Shown here in pieces: positions 53,947 through 64,000 of a stretch of 64,000 bases of DNA. The stretch lies in contig SVMS01000007.1 of the NCBI GenBank assembly GCA_015067255.1, positions 1,352 to 65,351 of the forward strand, in the 5' to 3' direction. Within the stretch, counting starts at the first letter, position 1, and every line of letters begins with the position of its first letter. The position numbers and the translations under genes are program-made. A model generated the notes under the pieces. That model was not told the origin of the DNA. It saw only the letters and a list, made by a program, of their open reading frames with translations, and did no database searches. The stretch comes from Oscillospiraceae bacterium (GTDB lineage: Bacteria > Bacillota > Clostridia > Oscillospirales > SIG519).

Positions 53947-54810
53947 GTGCTTGTATACATTTTCTGTATTCAAGCTATTAAAATGAGCTTAAGTGAATTT
54001 TTCGGTTTCGGCGGATATTCCCGTGAGGCAGAGGGCTATATGTCCCCGGAGCATCTTATATCTGTTACCGTGCTTGTTGCAATAATGATTTTATGCGCCA
54101 TAATTTTTGGACTGAAATATAAAAATAAAGAAATAAAGCAGAAAAACAAGGTTCTTATAGTGTCTGCTTTTCTCATTGATGCCTTTGAGATATTTAAAAT
54201 AGTTATCCTTTCCGTAAGACACGAGGACGCTTTCTATTTTGTTCGTGTTCTTCCCTTATTTTTGTGCAGTATTCAGCTTATAACTATTCCGTTGGCGGCA
54301 TTTTCAAAGGGCAGAATAAAGGAAGCTTCTCTTGATTTTGTAACCGTGTTCGGAGTTTTGGGAGCAATACTCGGTACATATTGTGCAGGAAATAACTACT
54401 CTGCATACCCTGTATTTTCTTTTGACAATCTCATTTCGGGAATTACTCACTGCATTTCCGGCTTTGCCGCCCTGTATATTATTATTTCGGGTATGGTAAG
54501 TATGCAAAAGAGAAATATCGTCATTACAAGCGGCATTTTAGGCGCCTTTTGCGTTGCCGCCTATATTGCCAATATTTTTGTAGACTGTAATTATATGTTC
54601 CTCTCCCGCGGCGACGGCACCCCTTACGATATCGTCTTTAATTTGGTTAAGGGTAATCAGATACTCTATCCGCTGTGCGTAGTGCTTTTGTTTGTAATAT
54701 ATATCATAGCTTTCTATTATATATTCTATGCACTCACCAAAAAGCCAAAGGCTAAAGAAACAAAAGAAGCTCAACCCAAAAAAACTGAGCGTGAATATTC
54801 AAATGTATAA
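53947..54810 (+). CDS. polytopic membrane protein (YwaF/TIGR02206-like)
   Basis: LPLFLC motif, 7-8 TM helices. The start is ambiguous: GTG 53947 has RBS AAGAGG-N6, ATG 53983 has no RBS, and the track start is TTG 53890. Confidence 0.55.
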   Translation: MLVYIFCIQAIKMSLSEFFGFGGYSREAEGYMSPEHLISVTVLVAIMILCAIIFGLKYKNKEIKQKNKVLIVSAFLIDAFEIFKIVILSVRHEDAFYFVRVLPLFLCSIQLITIPLAAFSKGRIKEASLDFVTVFGVLGAILGTYCAGNNYSAYPVFSFDNLISGITHCISGFAALYIIISGMVSMQKRNIVITSGILGAFCVAAYIANIFVDCNYMFLSRGDGTPYDIVFNLVKGNQILYPLCVVLLFVIYIIAFYYIFYALTKKPKAKETKEAQPKKTEREYSNV

Positions 54811-54817
54811 ATACTTT

Positions 54818-54845
54818 GCGGTGGTGTTTCGCCACCGCTTTTTTA
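54818..54845 (+). terminator. rho-independent terminator
   Basis: Hairpin gcggtgg/ccaccgc plus tttttt. Confidence 0.85.
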
Positions 54846-54905
54846 TTGTGGAAAATTTTTTCAAAAAAACTCTTGACAGCAGTATTTTTTTATGTTATTG
54901 TCTTA

Positions 54906-54928
54906 GTGTACTATCTGTAGTAGTACAC
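54906..54928. promoter_or_regulatory. palindromic operator candidate for the YtrA-type GntR regulator
   Basis: GTGTACTA-N7-TAGTACAC lies just downstream of TTGACA-N17-TATTGT. Confidence 0.5.
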
Positions 54929-54954
54929 CTGTTGCAACGGGAAGGAGATATTTA

Positions 54955-55332
54955 ATGATTAAAATAGATAAGCAGAGCCGTGTTCCTATTTACGAACAGC
55001 TTATAGAGCAAGTAGAACAGCTTGTTCTCAGCTCAATATTGGAAGCTGATATGCTTATACCGTCAGTGCGTTCTTTGTCTCTTGAGCTGTCGGTCAATCC
55101 CAACACAATACAAAAAGCGTACAACGAACTTGAGCTTCGGGGAATAACCTACAGTGTCCCAGGTGTTGGGCGTTTTGTATCGAAGAATGCCATTGAAATT
55201 CTGAAAAAAGATAAGCTTCAAAGCTTTGAAAAGCTCAGAGCGACGGTTGAGGATTTAAAGCTATCGGGAGTAGCCTTGGAAACGGTTATAGATAAGATAA
55301 AAGAATATTACGGAGGTAATGACAATGATTAA
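54955..55332 (+). CDS. GntR-family (YtrA-subfamily) transcriptional regulator
   Basis: PIYEQLIEQVEQLVLSSILEADMLIPSVRSLSLELSVNPNTIQKAYNELE; a short 125-aa protein. Confidence 0.9.
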   Translation: MIKIDKQSRVPIYEQLIEQVEQLVLSSILEADMLIPSVRSLSLELSVNPNTIQKAYNELELRGITYSVPGVGRFVSKNAIEILKKDKLQSFEKLRATVEDLKLSGVALETVIDKIKEYYGGNDND

Positions 55333-56224
55333 AGCTGTTGATGTAACCAAAAAATTTGATAGCTTTGTAGCTCTTGATAATCTCAGCTGTGAAATCCCTG
55401 AGGGCTGTATTTACGGTCTTGTGGGCAGTAACGGCGCAGGAAAAAGTACATTTTTAAGACTTATAACAGGCATTTATAAGGCTGAAAACGGATACATTGA
55501 AATAGACGGACAAAAGGTTTTTGAAAATCCTCTTGCCAAAAGCAGCTTTGTTTTTGTGCCTGATGAGCTTTATTTTTTGCCGCAGGCAAATATGAAAAGA
55601 ATGGCAAGGCTTTATTCTAATATTTATGACAGCTTTTCCTATGAGCGTTTTAATAGCTTAACAAACAGCTTCGGACTCAATCCCAAAACACCCATAGGCT
55701 CATTTTCAAAGGGTATGAAAAGACAAGCGGCAACTATTTTAGCTCTTTCCTGTATGCCTAAGTATCTTTTCTTTGACGAAACCTTTGACGGTCTTGACCC
55801 CGTAATGAGAAACCTTGTAAAAAATGTTATTTATTCAGATGTCTGTGAAAGAAAAACAACTGCAGTTATAACAAGCCACAGCTTACGTGAATTAGAGGAC
55901 ACCTGCGACCAGTTAGCTCTTTTGCATAAGGGCGGCATAGTTTTCGAAAGTGATGTTCAAAACCTTAAAACTACACTCTTCAAGGTACAGGTTGCCTATG
56001 AATTTGAATATGATAAGAGCTTTTTTGACGGCATAGAAATTCTTGACTTTTCCAAAAAAGGAAAGGTATCAAGCTTCATCGTAAGAGGAGACAGACAAGA
56101 AACTCTTGACAGACTTACAAAGGACAAGCCTTTACTTGTTGACGTTTTACCTCTTTCCTTAGAGGAAGTATTTGTCTACGAAATGGAAGCTTTAGGCTAT
56201 GCTTTCAAGGATATTTTGATGTGA
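55319..56224 (+). CDS. ABC transporter ATP-binding protein
   Basis: Walker A GSNGAGKST, signature FSKGMKRQ, Walker B LFFDETFDGLD. Confidence 0.9.
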   Translation: MTMIKAVDVTKKFDSFVALDNLSCEIPEGCIYGLVGSNGAGKSTFLRLITGIYKAENGYIEIDGQKVFENPLAKSSFVFVPDELYFLPQANMKRMARLYSNIYDSFSYERFNSLTNSFGLNPKTPIGSFSKGMKRQAATILALSCMPKYLFFDETFDGLDPVMRNLVKNVIYSDVCERKTTAVITSHSLRELEDTCDQLALLHKGGIVFESDVQNLKTTLFKVQVAYEFEYDKSFFDGIEILDFSKKGKVSSFIVRGDRQETLDRLTKDKPLLVDVLPLSLEEVFVYEMEALGYAFKDILM

Positions 56225-56225
56225 G

Positions 56226-58358
56226 GTGATTAAAATGAGAAAAACGTTTTTTGATTATAAGCTTTTTAGAGATGCCTTTAATCAGCTTAAGCTCCCCGGC
56301 ATACTCTTTACTGTTCTTGCAACGGCAATTTCAATTCTTCCGCCCTTTGTTTCAATAATGAATTATCTGGACAGCGCTGAAAACGTAAGCGCTCATACAA
56401 TTGATTTTGCAGAGCTTTCGCCCTATCTTGTTTTCTTTATGTTTCTTGCGCCCTTTGTGCTGTCAAGTAATATATTCGGATTTCTCAATAAAAGAAAGGC
56501 AAGCGATTTTTATCATTCTATCCCTAACACAAGAAGCAGTATATTTATAAGCTTTTCAAGTGCCGTACTTAGCTGGCTGTTAATAATGATTGTTTGCGCT
56601 GTATGCGCTTCGGCATTGTTTTATACAATTTCTCCCGCTGATACCCTTTCGACATTTTTCATTTTCGGAAATATTCTTTTCTTTTTTGTCGGCTCACTGC
56701 TTGTTTTCTCTGCTACTGTTTTAGCTATGAGTATAACAGGCACGCTTCTTTCAAATTTCATCCTAACAGGGCTTGTTATGTTTTTTCCCCGCTTTATAAT
56801 AATGCTCTTTTCCTTTGTGGTAAACCGTCTGACCTTAATTACAACCTCTTCGGATTTAAGCTTTTTTACAAATTCAAAGGTAAATATTCCCTTTAACACT
56901 ATTTACGGCTTTTTGTTTGTAGATGCTGACAGTATAATTTTCTTTGAGCTTCCCTCTTTGATATATACCTTTGTTGTTGCTGTAATATATCTTGCTATTG
57001 CCTGTCTTCTTTTCAACAAAAGAAAATCGGAAACGGCGCAAAAAAGCGCACCAAACAAAACCTTACAGCATATCTACCGCTGTCTTTTGACAATTCCGCT
57101 TTCCTTGGCTATCCCTGTTACTTTTCTCCTTGAAAAGAATATAGACTCTTCAACCTTTATTTCCGCTTGTATAATAGCTCTTGGATGTCTTATAATTTAT
57201 TTTTCCTATGAGCTTATATGCACAAAAAGCTTTAAGGCTTTGCTTGCCGCTGCTCCGGTGTTGCTTGCAATAGTTATGTTTGATGTAATCTTTGCTTTTT
57301 CTGCCTTGCTGACACAGCAGAACGTTTTGTCTTTTCAGCCAACTGCACAGGAAATAAAGGGCGTTTATCTTTTCAACGAGGACAAAAACCAACTGATTAA
57401 AAAGCCCTCATATAATCAGATGCTTTTACAAGGCCTTAAAATTGAAGACGAGCAGTTAAATGAAATAGTTTCCAAAAGCTTGAAAAACACAGTACAGGCA
57501 GTGGAAAACGACAATTTACAAGACCTATATATTGACTGTATTTCAAGAAAAGTTACTGTTCAAACTAAAAATAATAAAAAAGAAAGACGTCTGATATTCT
57601 TCACAGCCGAGGACAGCAAAAGGCTGACAGACATAATAAGTGCGCAAGAAAAATATCAAAAAGCTGTTTCCTCGCTTCCCACTATAAATTCCGAAACCAA
57701 TATATCCTTTGGCGGCGAGACTCTTACAAAAGAGCAGAAAAACAAGCTTTGGGAGCTTTACTCTAAAGAGTTTAACGCCTTAGATACCTCTATGCAGGCT
57801 CTCCACAATTACAGCAATACCTTCTCCTCTCCGGAAAATCTCATTATCTTGAATTACGGCTTAGGTGTCAACGGCTACTATAATATGAAAAGCTATTATT
57901 CGGAATTTAGGATATCAAATAAAACTCCCGAAACGCTGCTCTATGCAACAAATATTATAAACTCTCAGAACGGCGATGATTTTGACGCTTGTATAAATAA
58001 CTTTTTCAATAAGGAAAACCGTTGGGCACAGCTTTATATAGAGCATCTGTCAGCTCGGCAAAATAATACCTTTTCAGTGATAGATGTTTCTCTTTATGAA
58101 GGCAAAGTCGAAAAAAATGATTTTTCTATGGAACAGGCACAGAAAATTGTTGACATTTTCAGCAGGGCAAAGGAAAATCCCATAGACGCTGAAAACCTAT
58201 ATTATATAAATTCAAATATAAGATATGTAAACCCCCAAGCCGAAGAAAAAGAAACTCTGTATGCAGGCTATTTCATAACCCTTAATCAACAGCAACAACA
58301 AGAAATAGACGATATTATAGCAGAGTACAGAGAGGATAACGGCATTACAGAAAAATAA
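56226..58358 (+). CDS. ABC-2-like multi-pass permease with a large C-terminal extracytoplasmic domain
   Basis: About 10 TM helices in the first 370 aa, then a 340-aa soluble domain. It follows the GntR and ATPase genes, as in ytrA-type operons. Confidence 0.6.
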   Translation: MIKMRKTFFDYKLFRDAFNQLKLPGILFTVLATAISILPPFVSIMNYLDSAENVSAHTIDFAELSPYLVFFMFLAPFVLSSNIFGFLNKRKASDFYHSIPNTRSSIFISFSSAVLSWLLIMIVCAVCASALFYTISPADTLSTFFIFGNILFFFVGSLLVFSATVLAMSITGTLLSNFILTGLVMFFPRFIIMLFSFVVNRLTLITTSSDLSFFTNSKVNIPFNTIYGFLFVDADSIIFFELPSLIYTFVVAVIYLAIACLLFNKRKSETAQKSAPNKTLQHIYRCLLTIPLSLAIPVTFLLEKNIDSSTFISACIIALGCLIIYFSYELICTKSFKALLAAAPVLLAIVMFDVIFAFSALLTQQNVLSFQPTAQEIKGVYLFNEDKNQLIKKPSYNQMLLQGLKIEDEQLNEIVSKSLKNTVQAVENDNLQDLYIDCISRKVTVQTKNNKKERRLIFFTAEDSKRLTDIISAQEKYQKAVSSLPTINSETNISFGGETLTKEQKNKLWELYSKEFNALDTSMQALHNYSNTFSSPENLIILNYGLGVNGYYNMKSYYSEFRISNKTPETLLYATNIINSQNGDDFDACINNFFNKENRWAQLYIEHLSARQNNTFSVIDVSLYEGKVEKNDFSMEQAQKIVDIFSRAKENPIDAENLYYINSNIRYVNPQAEEKETLYAGYFITLNQQQQQEIDDIIAEYREDNGITEK

Positions 58359-58369
58359 TCTTAAAGATA

Positions 58370-58408
58370 AATGAGCTGTAAAAACGAAGTTTTTTACAGC
58401 TCATTTTG
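58370..58408. terminator. bidirectional terminator
   Basis: Hairpin aaatgagctgtaaaaa/ttttttacagctcatttt. Confidence 0.85.
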
Positions 58409-58933
58409 TCATATACCATACATTTTTGTTAAAGGGTCTTGAAACAGGGGTATTTCGGGGGTTGCCCAGGTAAATATTACAAAAGTCAAGGCTATCAGGC
58501 ATAATATAAAAAATGCAAAAGACGAATATTTGCAAAACTCTTCTTTTTTCAAAAAATATGCTTCTGTCAAATATGCAATAGCCGCTGCTATAAAAAATAT
58601 AGCTATGTTAAACCAGTCTACCGTTTTACCCAGTATACCCTTATAGGTATAAAAAATTATCGGTATTGATATAAGGCCTGCCGCAATTCCCGCTAATTTT
58701 GCGCACCAGAAATTCGGGTAATTATCCTTGATTAAAAATCTTTGAATTAAAGCGAAAACAAACATAGGAACAAATAATATTTTCATATGCTCCCAGGTTG
58801 ACTCATTAACTGCTGAAAAGAAAGCAGTAAAAGCACTTTCTCCGCTCCAATCATATACAAAATGAAGCAGTGTTCCCGCTATACCTGTAAATATAAAGCC
58901 TGCAAGCTGACGGTATAACAGCTTTTTATCCAT
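58409..58933 (-). CDS. 5-TM membrane protein of unknown function (DUF6512-like, from memory)
   Basis: Hydropathy profile; NESTWEHMKILF motif. Confidence 0.5.
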   Translation of the reverse strand: MDKKLLYRQLAGFIFTGIAGTLLHFVYDWSGESAFTAFFSAVNESTWEHMKILFVPMFVFALIQRFLIKDNYPNFWCAKLAGIAAGLISIPIIFYTYKGILGKTVDWFNIAIFFIAAAIAYLTEAYFLKKEEFCKYSSFAFFILCLIALTFVIFTWATPEIPLFQDPLTKMYGI

Positions 58934-58990
58934 ACATATACACCTCTTTCAGTGGAGTATATGCAATTTTTAAAGGTTATATACACATTT

Positions 58991-59024
58991 AAAAAGCTGA
59001 CTTGAAAAATTTTCAAGTCAGCTT
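58991..59024 (-). terminator. tyrS terminator
   Basis: Hairpin aagctgacttgaaaa/ttttcaagtcagctt with a T run on the minus strand. Confidence 0.8.
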
Positions 59025-59031
59025 AAATAAT

Positions 59032-60249
59032 CTATTCAACTATTATTTTAATAAAGCTCTTCTTTCCTCTTTTTAAAAGCTTTTCATTTACCTGTTCAGC
59101 TGTGAATGCTTCGTTTACATTTGTTATTTTAACGTCGTCTAAAGAAACGCCGCCCTGTTCAACATTTCTGCGAGCCTCACTCTTGGAGGGTGCAAGACCT
59201 GTTTTTATTAAAAGGTCAAGAATTCCTATTTTGCCGTCTGTAAAATCTTCGCCTTTTATTATCGCAGAGGGCACGTCAGCCGCAGCGCCGCCTGAGAAAA
59301 GCGCTCTTGCCGCATCTCTTGCTTTGTTTGCTTCCTCTTCACCGTGTACAAGCTTTGTAACCTCATATGCAAGGATTTCTTTAGCCTTGTTTATCTCGCT
59401 GTCCTTCCATTTAGCCATTTCGTCAATTTCTTCAACGGGGATAAAGGTCAAAAGCTTAAGACATCTTATAACATCTAAGTCGCCTACATTTCTCCAATAC
59501 TGGAAGAATTCATAAGGAGATGTTTTTTCAGGATCAAGCCATACTGCGCCGCCCTGAGTTTTTCCCATTTTAACGCCTTCGGAGGTTGTAAGAAGGGTAA
59601 AGGTCATTCCGTAAGCTTCTTCTCCCTTAACTCTGCGTATAAGGTCTATACCGCCTAAGATGTTGGACCATTGGTCGTCGCCGCCCAATTCAAGCTTACA
59701 GCCGTAATCCTCATTAAGCTTAAGGAAATCGTAGCTCTGCATAAGCATATAGTTAAACTCGATAAAGGAAAGGCCTCTTTCAAGACGGGATTTGAAGCAC
59801 TCAGCCGACAACATTCTGTTAACGGAGAAATGTACTCCGATATCTCTTAAAAAGTTTACGTAATTAAGATTTAAAAGCCAGTCTGCATTGTTTACTGCAA
59901 TAGCTTTTCCGTCGGAAAAATCAACTATTCCTGACATCTGCTTCTGGAAACGGCTTGCATTGTGCTGTATCTGCTCGGGAGTGAGCATTTTTCTCATATC
60001 TGTTCTGCCCGAAGGGTCTCCTACCATAGCAGTTCCGCCGCCTATAATTGCAATAGGTCTATGACCTGCTCTTTGCATATGAGCCATAACCATTATCTGC
60101 AAAAAGTGGCCTACATGAAGGCTGTCTGCCGTGGGGTCAAAGCCTATATAAAAGGTTACCTTTTCTTTTTCTAAAAGCTCTCTTATCTCCTTTTCGTGAG
60201 TTGTCTGAGCTATCATACCTCTTCTTTGAAGTTCGTCAAATACGTTCAT
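59032..60249 (-). CDS. tyrS: tyrosine--tRNA ligase
   Basis: HVGH (HIGH) and KMGKT (KMSKS) motifs; C-terminal S4 domain. Confidence 0.97.
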   Translation of the reverse strand: MNVFDELQRRGMIAQTTHEKEIRELLEKEKVTFYIGFDPTADSLHVGHFLQIMVMAHMQRAGHRPIAIIGGGTAMVGDPSGRTDMRKMLTPEQIQHNASRFQKQMSGIVDFSDGKAIAVNNADWLLNLNYVNFLRDIGVHFSVNRMLSAECFKSRLERGLSFIEFNYMLMQSYDFLKLNEDYGCKLELGGDDQWSNILGGIDLIRRVKGEEAYGMTFTLLTTSEGVKMGKTQGGAVWLDPEKTSPYEFFQYWRNVGDLDVIRCLKLLTFIPVEEIDEMAKWKDSEINKAKEILAYEVTKLVHGEEEANKARDAARALFSGGAAADVPSAIIKGEDFTDGKIGILDLLIKTGLAPSKSEARRNVEQGGVSLDDVKITNVNEAFTAEQVNEKLLKRGKKSFIKIIVE

Positions 60250-60266
60250 TTTTATACTCCTTATTT

Positions 60267-61925
60267 TTATTGTTTTATCATTTCTTTTGCGGCGGCAATT
60301 GCTGCATCGGACACATTTATTCCTCCGATTATTCTTGCAAGCTCATTTACTCTGCCGTTATAATCAAGCTGTTGAAGAGTCGTCATCGTTTTAATTTTAT
60401 CCTGTTTCTTTTCAATTAAATAATGCTTGTCAGCAAGGGCGGCAATCTGTGCAAGATGGGTTACACAAAAAACCTGTCTTCCCTTTGCTACCTCTTTTAG
60501 CTTAATACCTATTTTTTCTGCGGTTTTTCCCGATACACCCGTATCAATTTCATCAAAAATCAAGGTGTCGGCTCCGTCTGCCTTATTAAGTACGTTCTTC
60601 AGGGCAAGCATAATTCTTGAAAGCTCTCCCCCCGAAGCTATTTTTGCTATCGGCTTAGGCTCCTCGCCTGTATTTGCCGAAATTAGAAATTCAACAACAT
60701 CTACGCCGTTTTGCAGATATTTTTCCGCTTCCTGTATCCTTGTATCAAAGGTTACCTTGGGCATATCCAAAGCAGAAAGCTCGTTTTGAATTAATACCTT
60801 TAATTTTTCTGCACCGATTTTTCTTGATTTTGTTATTTCTTCCGCAGCTTTTTTCAGTTCTGCTTTTTTTAAAGCAAGCTCTTTTTTAAGCTTATCTATA
60901 TGTTCTTCGCTGCTTTCAAGATTTCCTAATTCTTCACTTGCCTGTGAGGATAGCTTTATCAAGCCGCTGTCATCTGTATTATATTTACGGCAAAGCCCGT
61001 TTATTAGAGCTATTCTTTCCTCGACTGCCTCAAGCCTTTGAGGAGAAAAGCCCGTATCCTCAAGATATACGGAAAGCTCGGAGGCTATATCCTTTATTTC
61101 TGCCGCTGCAGAGCTTAGTCTTTGCTTAAGCTCGGCAATCTGAGAGCTGTAATGAGCTCCGTCCTCCAATAACCCTTCGCACTGAGAAAGCATCAAAGAA
61201 GCGTTTTCCTCGTTTTCGTATAAAAGCGCATAGGAATTTGCCGCCGAAGCCACAATTTTCTCGCTGTTTTCAAGGCTTATTCTTTCTGCACGCAGGTTTT
61301 CAAGCTCTCCCTCGGATATATCGGCAAGCTTAAGCTCTTCAAGGCATTTTTTCAGCTCTGCTATACGAATATTTTTCTGCTGTTCATTGAGCTGTAAAGC
61401 CGCTATTTTATTTCTTAAGGATTTAGCTTCATCAAAAATTATTTTATATTCCTTAATAAGATTTTCATTTTTACAAAAGCTGTCTAAAAACTCAATATGA
61501 GCCTCAGGTCTTAAAAGCTCGTAGTTATCGTGCTGTCCGTGAATTACAAGAAGCCTCTCTCCCACTGCTTTCAAGGCTGAAAGATTTATTGGCCTTCCGT
61601 TAATTTTAGAGGTGCTTTTTCCGTCAGTAAACAGCTCTCTGCCTATAAGCAGATTTCCGTCCTGCTCAGGCTCTATTCCTAATTGGCGGAGCATCTCGTT
61701 TACGCTTTCGGGAACATTTGTAAACACAGCGCCCACATATGCGCTTTTCTCTCCCGACCTTATAAGGTCTCTTGAGGCTCTTTGTCCCAACACCATTTGA
61801 ATAGAGTCAATCAAAATGGACTTTCCCGCGCCTGTCTGTCCTGTCAGAACAAGAAAGCCGCCGTCAAAGCTTGCGTCTATTTTTTCAATTATTGCAATAT
61901 TTTCTATATGCAACGATGACAGCAT
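60267..61925 (-). CDS. recN: DNA repair protein RecN
   Basis: [22 protein letters not shown], coiled-coil middle region, C-terminal SGGELSR and FDEID motifs. Confidence 0.95.
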   Translation of the reverse strand: MLSSLHIENIAIIEKIDASFDGGFLVLTGQTGAGKSILIDSIQMVLGQRASRDLIRSGEKSAYVGAVFTNVPESVNEMLRQLGIEPEQDGNLLIGRELFTDGKSTSKINGRPINLSALKAVGERLLVIHGQHDNYELLRPEAHIEFLDSFCKNENLIKEYKIIFDEAKSLRNKIAALQLNEQQKNIRIAELKKCLEELKLADISEGELENLRAERISLENSEKIVASAANSYALLYENEENASLMLSQCEGLLEDGAHYSSQIAELKQRLSSAAAEIKDIASELSVYLEDTGFSPQRLEAVEERIALINGLCRKYNTDDSGLIKLSSQASEELGNLESSEEHIDKLKKELALKKAELKKAAEEITKSRKIGAEKLKVLIQNELSALDMPKVTFDTRIQEAEKYLQNGVDVVEFLISANTGEEPKPIAKIASGGELSRIMLALKNVLNKADGADTLIFDEIDTGVSGKTAEKIGIKLKEVAKGRQVFCVTHLAQIAALADKHYLIEKKQDKIKTMTTLQQLDYNGRVNELARIIGGINVSDAAIAAAKEMIKQ

Positions 61926-61941
61926 ATATCTGTCTCCTTTA

Positions 61942-62394
61942 TTATAACATTATTGCTATGTCGTGCGCCAATGCAGCAGCCTTGTCCTCGCTTCTAACTG
62001 CAATAAAAATAGTATCATCTCCTGCAAGAGTTCCCACTATACTTTCGTGGGCTGTTGCGTCCAATGCCGAGCATACAGCGCCTGCCATTCCTGTATGGCA
62101 TTTTACTATTACAAGATTAAGTGCAAAATCGACAGAAACTGCGCCTTCTCTTATAATATTGAAATATTTTTCGTTATCCAATGAAACAGAGTTTCCCGTG
62201 CCTGCGGGCGCATATTTATATTTGCCGGAGCTGTCAAGAATTTTTACAAGTCTTAAATCCTTTATATCTCTTGAAACCGTTGCCTGAGTTACAACAAATC
62301 CGCTGTCATTCAACAGCTTTGCCAGCTCTTCCTGTCTTGAAACACAGTTCTGAGTAATAAGCTGTAAAATTTTACTCTGCCTTTGTCTTTTCAT
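61942..62394 (-). CDS. argR: arginine repressor
   Basis: RQSKILQLI...QEELAKLL...VTQATVSRDIKDL; C-terminal GTLAGDDT motif. Confidence 0.92.
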   Translation of the reverse strand: MKRQRQSKILQLITQNCVSRQEELAKLLNDSGFVVTQATVSRDIKDLRLVKILDSSGKYKYAPAGTGNSVSLDNEKYFNIIREGAVSVDFALNLVIVKCHTGMAGAVCSALDATAHESIVGTLAGDDTIFIAVRSEDKAAALAHDIAIML

Positions 62395-62412
62395 TTTTTG
62401 CTCCGCCCCTTT

Positions 62413-63249
62413 CTATATGCCCAATTTGGAGTTTAACGTAGCATAAAAATTTATATCATTTTTTAAGCTTATAAGCTTAAGCACTTTTTTAGATTTGATA
62501 AATTCTACCCTGTCTCCGTGGCAAAGCTCAAAGCCTTGAAGACCGTCAACAGTCAGATAAATTTCTTTAAGTCTTTGCTCCGGTATTTCTATATTAAGTA
62601 CAGAATTTGGATTAAAAATAATAGGTCTTGCAGTAACACAGTGAGCACATATAGGAGTAACTCCTATGGCATTTACCGACGGGTCTATAACAGCACCGCC
62701 TGCCGAAAAGGAATATGCCGTAGAGCCTGTGGGTGTACACACTATAATTCCGTCTGCGTGGTAATCGCTGACCTTTTTAGAGTCACAGTAAACACATACA
62801 TCTACAAGTCTTGAAAGAGAGCCTTTTCCTATAACACCGTCATTAAGCGCTGTAAATTCAGCAATTTTTTCATTCTTTCTTATAACGCTTATATCTAAAA
62901 GCATTCTTTCCTGTACTGTATAATTTTTCTCAAACAGGTCTTTTAACAAATGTATTTCATTTAATTCAAGCTGAGTTAAAAAACCTACTCTCCCCAAATT
63001 TATTCCCACTACGGGAATATCATATTGCGCCAGTATCGCCGCCCTGTGCAAAAGAGTGCCGTCGCCGCCTACTGAAATTGCGAATTCGCACTTTTCAATG
63101 GCTTTATCATCACAAAAAACATTGTTTTCTTTGGCAGTATCACTGTCAGTGAAAATTTCACAGCTGAATTTTAACAGCTCATTACATATATTTTTTGCCG
63201 CTTCAATACAGCTTTTTTTATCTCGATTTACAATAAGATATATTTTCAC
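62413..63249 (-). CDS. nadK: NAD kinase
   Basis: GGDGTLL motif; NDGV...; about 278 aa. Confidence 0.92.
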   Translation of the reverse strand: MKIYLIVNRDKKSCIEAAKNICNELLKFSCEIFTDSDTAKENNVFCDDKAIEKCEFAISVGGDGTLLHRAAILAQYDIPVVGINLGRVGFLTQLELNEIHLLKDLFEKNYTVQERMLLDISVIRKNEKIAEFTALNDGVIGKGSLSRLVDVCVYCDSKKVSDYHADGIIVCTPTGSTAYSFSAGGAVIDPSVNAIGVTPICAHCVTARPIIFNPNSVLNIEIPEQRLKEIYLTVDGLQGFELCHGDRVEFIKSKKVLKLISLKNDINFYATLNSKLGI

Positions 63250-63270
63250 GCACTCTTTCCCACCCTTCTT

Positions 63271-64000
63271 TTAAAGCTCATTATGTGCTCTTTTTACTAA
63301 ATCGTCAATATCAAACTCTCCCTCTTGTCCTGTTTTGGAAATATACATTAAAAATTCAATATTTCCCTGAGGACCTTTAATGGGAGAATAATCCAAGCCA
63401 AGTATAGTGTAGCCTATTTCACGGGTAAAATCAAGAGTATTTTCTATAACTTCCTTATGTACCTTTTCATCCCTTACTACTCCCTTTTTACCTACCTTTT
63501 CGCGTCCTGCTTCAAACTGAGGCTTTATAAGACAAACCGCTTCGCCCTTTTCATCTGAAAGCTTATAAAGCACGGGTAATACAAGCTTAAGAGATATAAA
63601 AGAAACATCCACACTTCCGAAATTAAGCTTGTCGGGAACTTCGTTTTCCGTTACGTAACGGATATTGGTACGCTCCATATTTACAACCTTTTCATCAGTG
63701 CGAAGCTTCCAGGCAAGCTGACCGTAGCCCACATCTACCGCATATACTTTTTTTGCTCCGTGCTGAAGCATACAGTCGGTAAAGCCTCCGGTTGAAGCTC
63801 CTATGTCCATACAAATTTTATCTTCAAGCTCTATCCCGAAGCTTTCCATAGCCTTCTGAAGCTTTAAGCCGCCTCTTGATACAAAGGGAAGCGCATTTCC
63901 TCTTACCTCAACAGTATCGTCGGGACCTACCGTATCTCCAGCCTTATCGGCACGCTGATTATTTACAAAAACCTCGCCTGCCATAATCATAGCCTTTGCC
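63271..64000 (-). CDS. tlyA: TlyA-family 16S/23S rRNA (cytidine-2'-O)-methyltransferase; its 5' end lies outside the window
   Basis: SRGGLKL and DIGASTGGFTDC SAM motifs. The frame stays open upstream of M at 63990 (..AKA-MIMAGEVFVN), so the S4 domain is cut by the window edge. Confidence 0.9.
   Translation of the reverse strand, partial: AKAMIMAGEVFVNNQRADKAGDTVGPDDTVEVRGNALPFVSRGGLKLQKAMESFGIELEDKICMDIGASTGGFTDCMLQHGAKKVYAVDVGYGQLAWKLRTDEKVVNMERTNIRYVTENEVPDKLNFGSVDVSFISLKLVLPVLYKLSDEKGEAVCLIKPQFEAGREKVGKKGVVRDEKVHKEVIENTLDFTREIGYTILGLDYSPIKGPQGNIEFLMYISKTGQEGEFDIDDLVKRAHNEL

Noticed and set aside
1-64000. A search by eye for CRISPR arrays, tRNA/rRNA genes, retron-like RT loci, integrases and transposases.
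   Set aside because: None was found. There are no direct-repeat/spacer arrays, no GGTTCGAATCC-type T-arm sequences noticed, and no ORF with RT, Cas, DDE or tyrosine/serine recombinase motifs. A computational tRNAscan or Infernal pass is still advisable.

Overview
A low-GC chromosomal segment from an endospore-forming Firmicute. Gene content suggests Clostridia, but I cannot name the species from sequence alone. Most of the window is housekeeping or sporulation backbone.

Backbone genes:
- str operon: L7Ae-like, rpsL, rpsG, fusA, tuf
- pheS-pheT behind a Phe T-box leader; tyrS
- tlyA-nadK-argR-recN block
- glnA; htpG behind a perfect CIRCE element
- alr followed by a mazEF-type toxin-antitoxin pair
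- spoIIAA-spoIIAB-sigF, spoIIP, gpr, an alpha/beta SASP
- rpmB, secG, tex, mltG, nnr
- several transporters and regulators

I found no rRNA, tRNA, CRISPR array, integrase, transposase, reverse transcriptase or cas-like ORF. I do not see a clear-cut novel multi-gene system.

Observations that the standard annotation does not explain:
1. A 202-bp element with terminal inverted repeats (TIRs) splits a 66-codon HTH gene at 52.1-52.3 kb. Near-identical copies of its terminal module lie upstream of tex and sulP.
2. A 278-bp block bounded by 23-nt inverted repeats sits between alr and an N-terminally short mazE. The operon reads mazE-mazF-unknown anchored protein.
3. A roughly 2-kb regulator islet (51.8-53.9 kb) holds two diverged AbrB-like paralogs, two HTH genes and a tiny ORF. 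It begins at a truncated esterase gene.
4. The motif TGTCGAA (Spo0A-box consensus) recurs right after -10-like hexamers in at least eight intergenic places.
5. A roughly 3-kb NERD / excisionase-like HTH / degenerate-Fic islet lies between a HAD phosphatase gene and rpmB. It is flanked by CGATAT-type repeats and has no recombinase.
6. A 460-bp non-coding gap between convergent genes has its own promoter-like and terminator-like signals.

All functional calls come from my reading of the supplied translations and the DNA. No database search was run.
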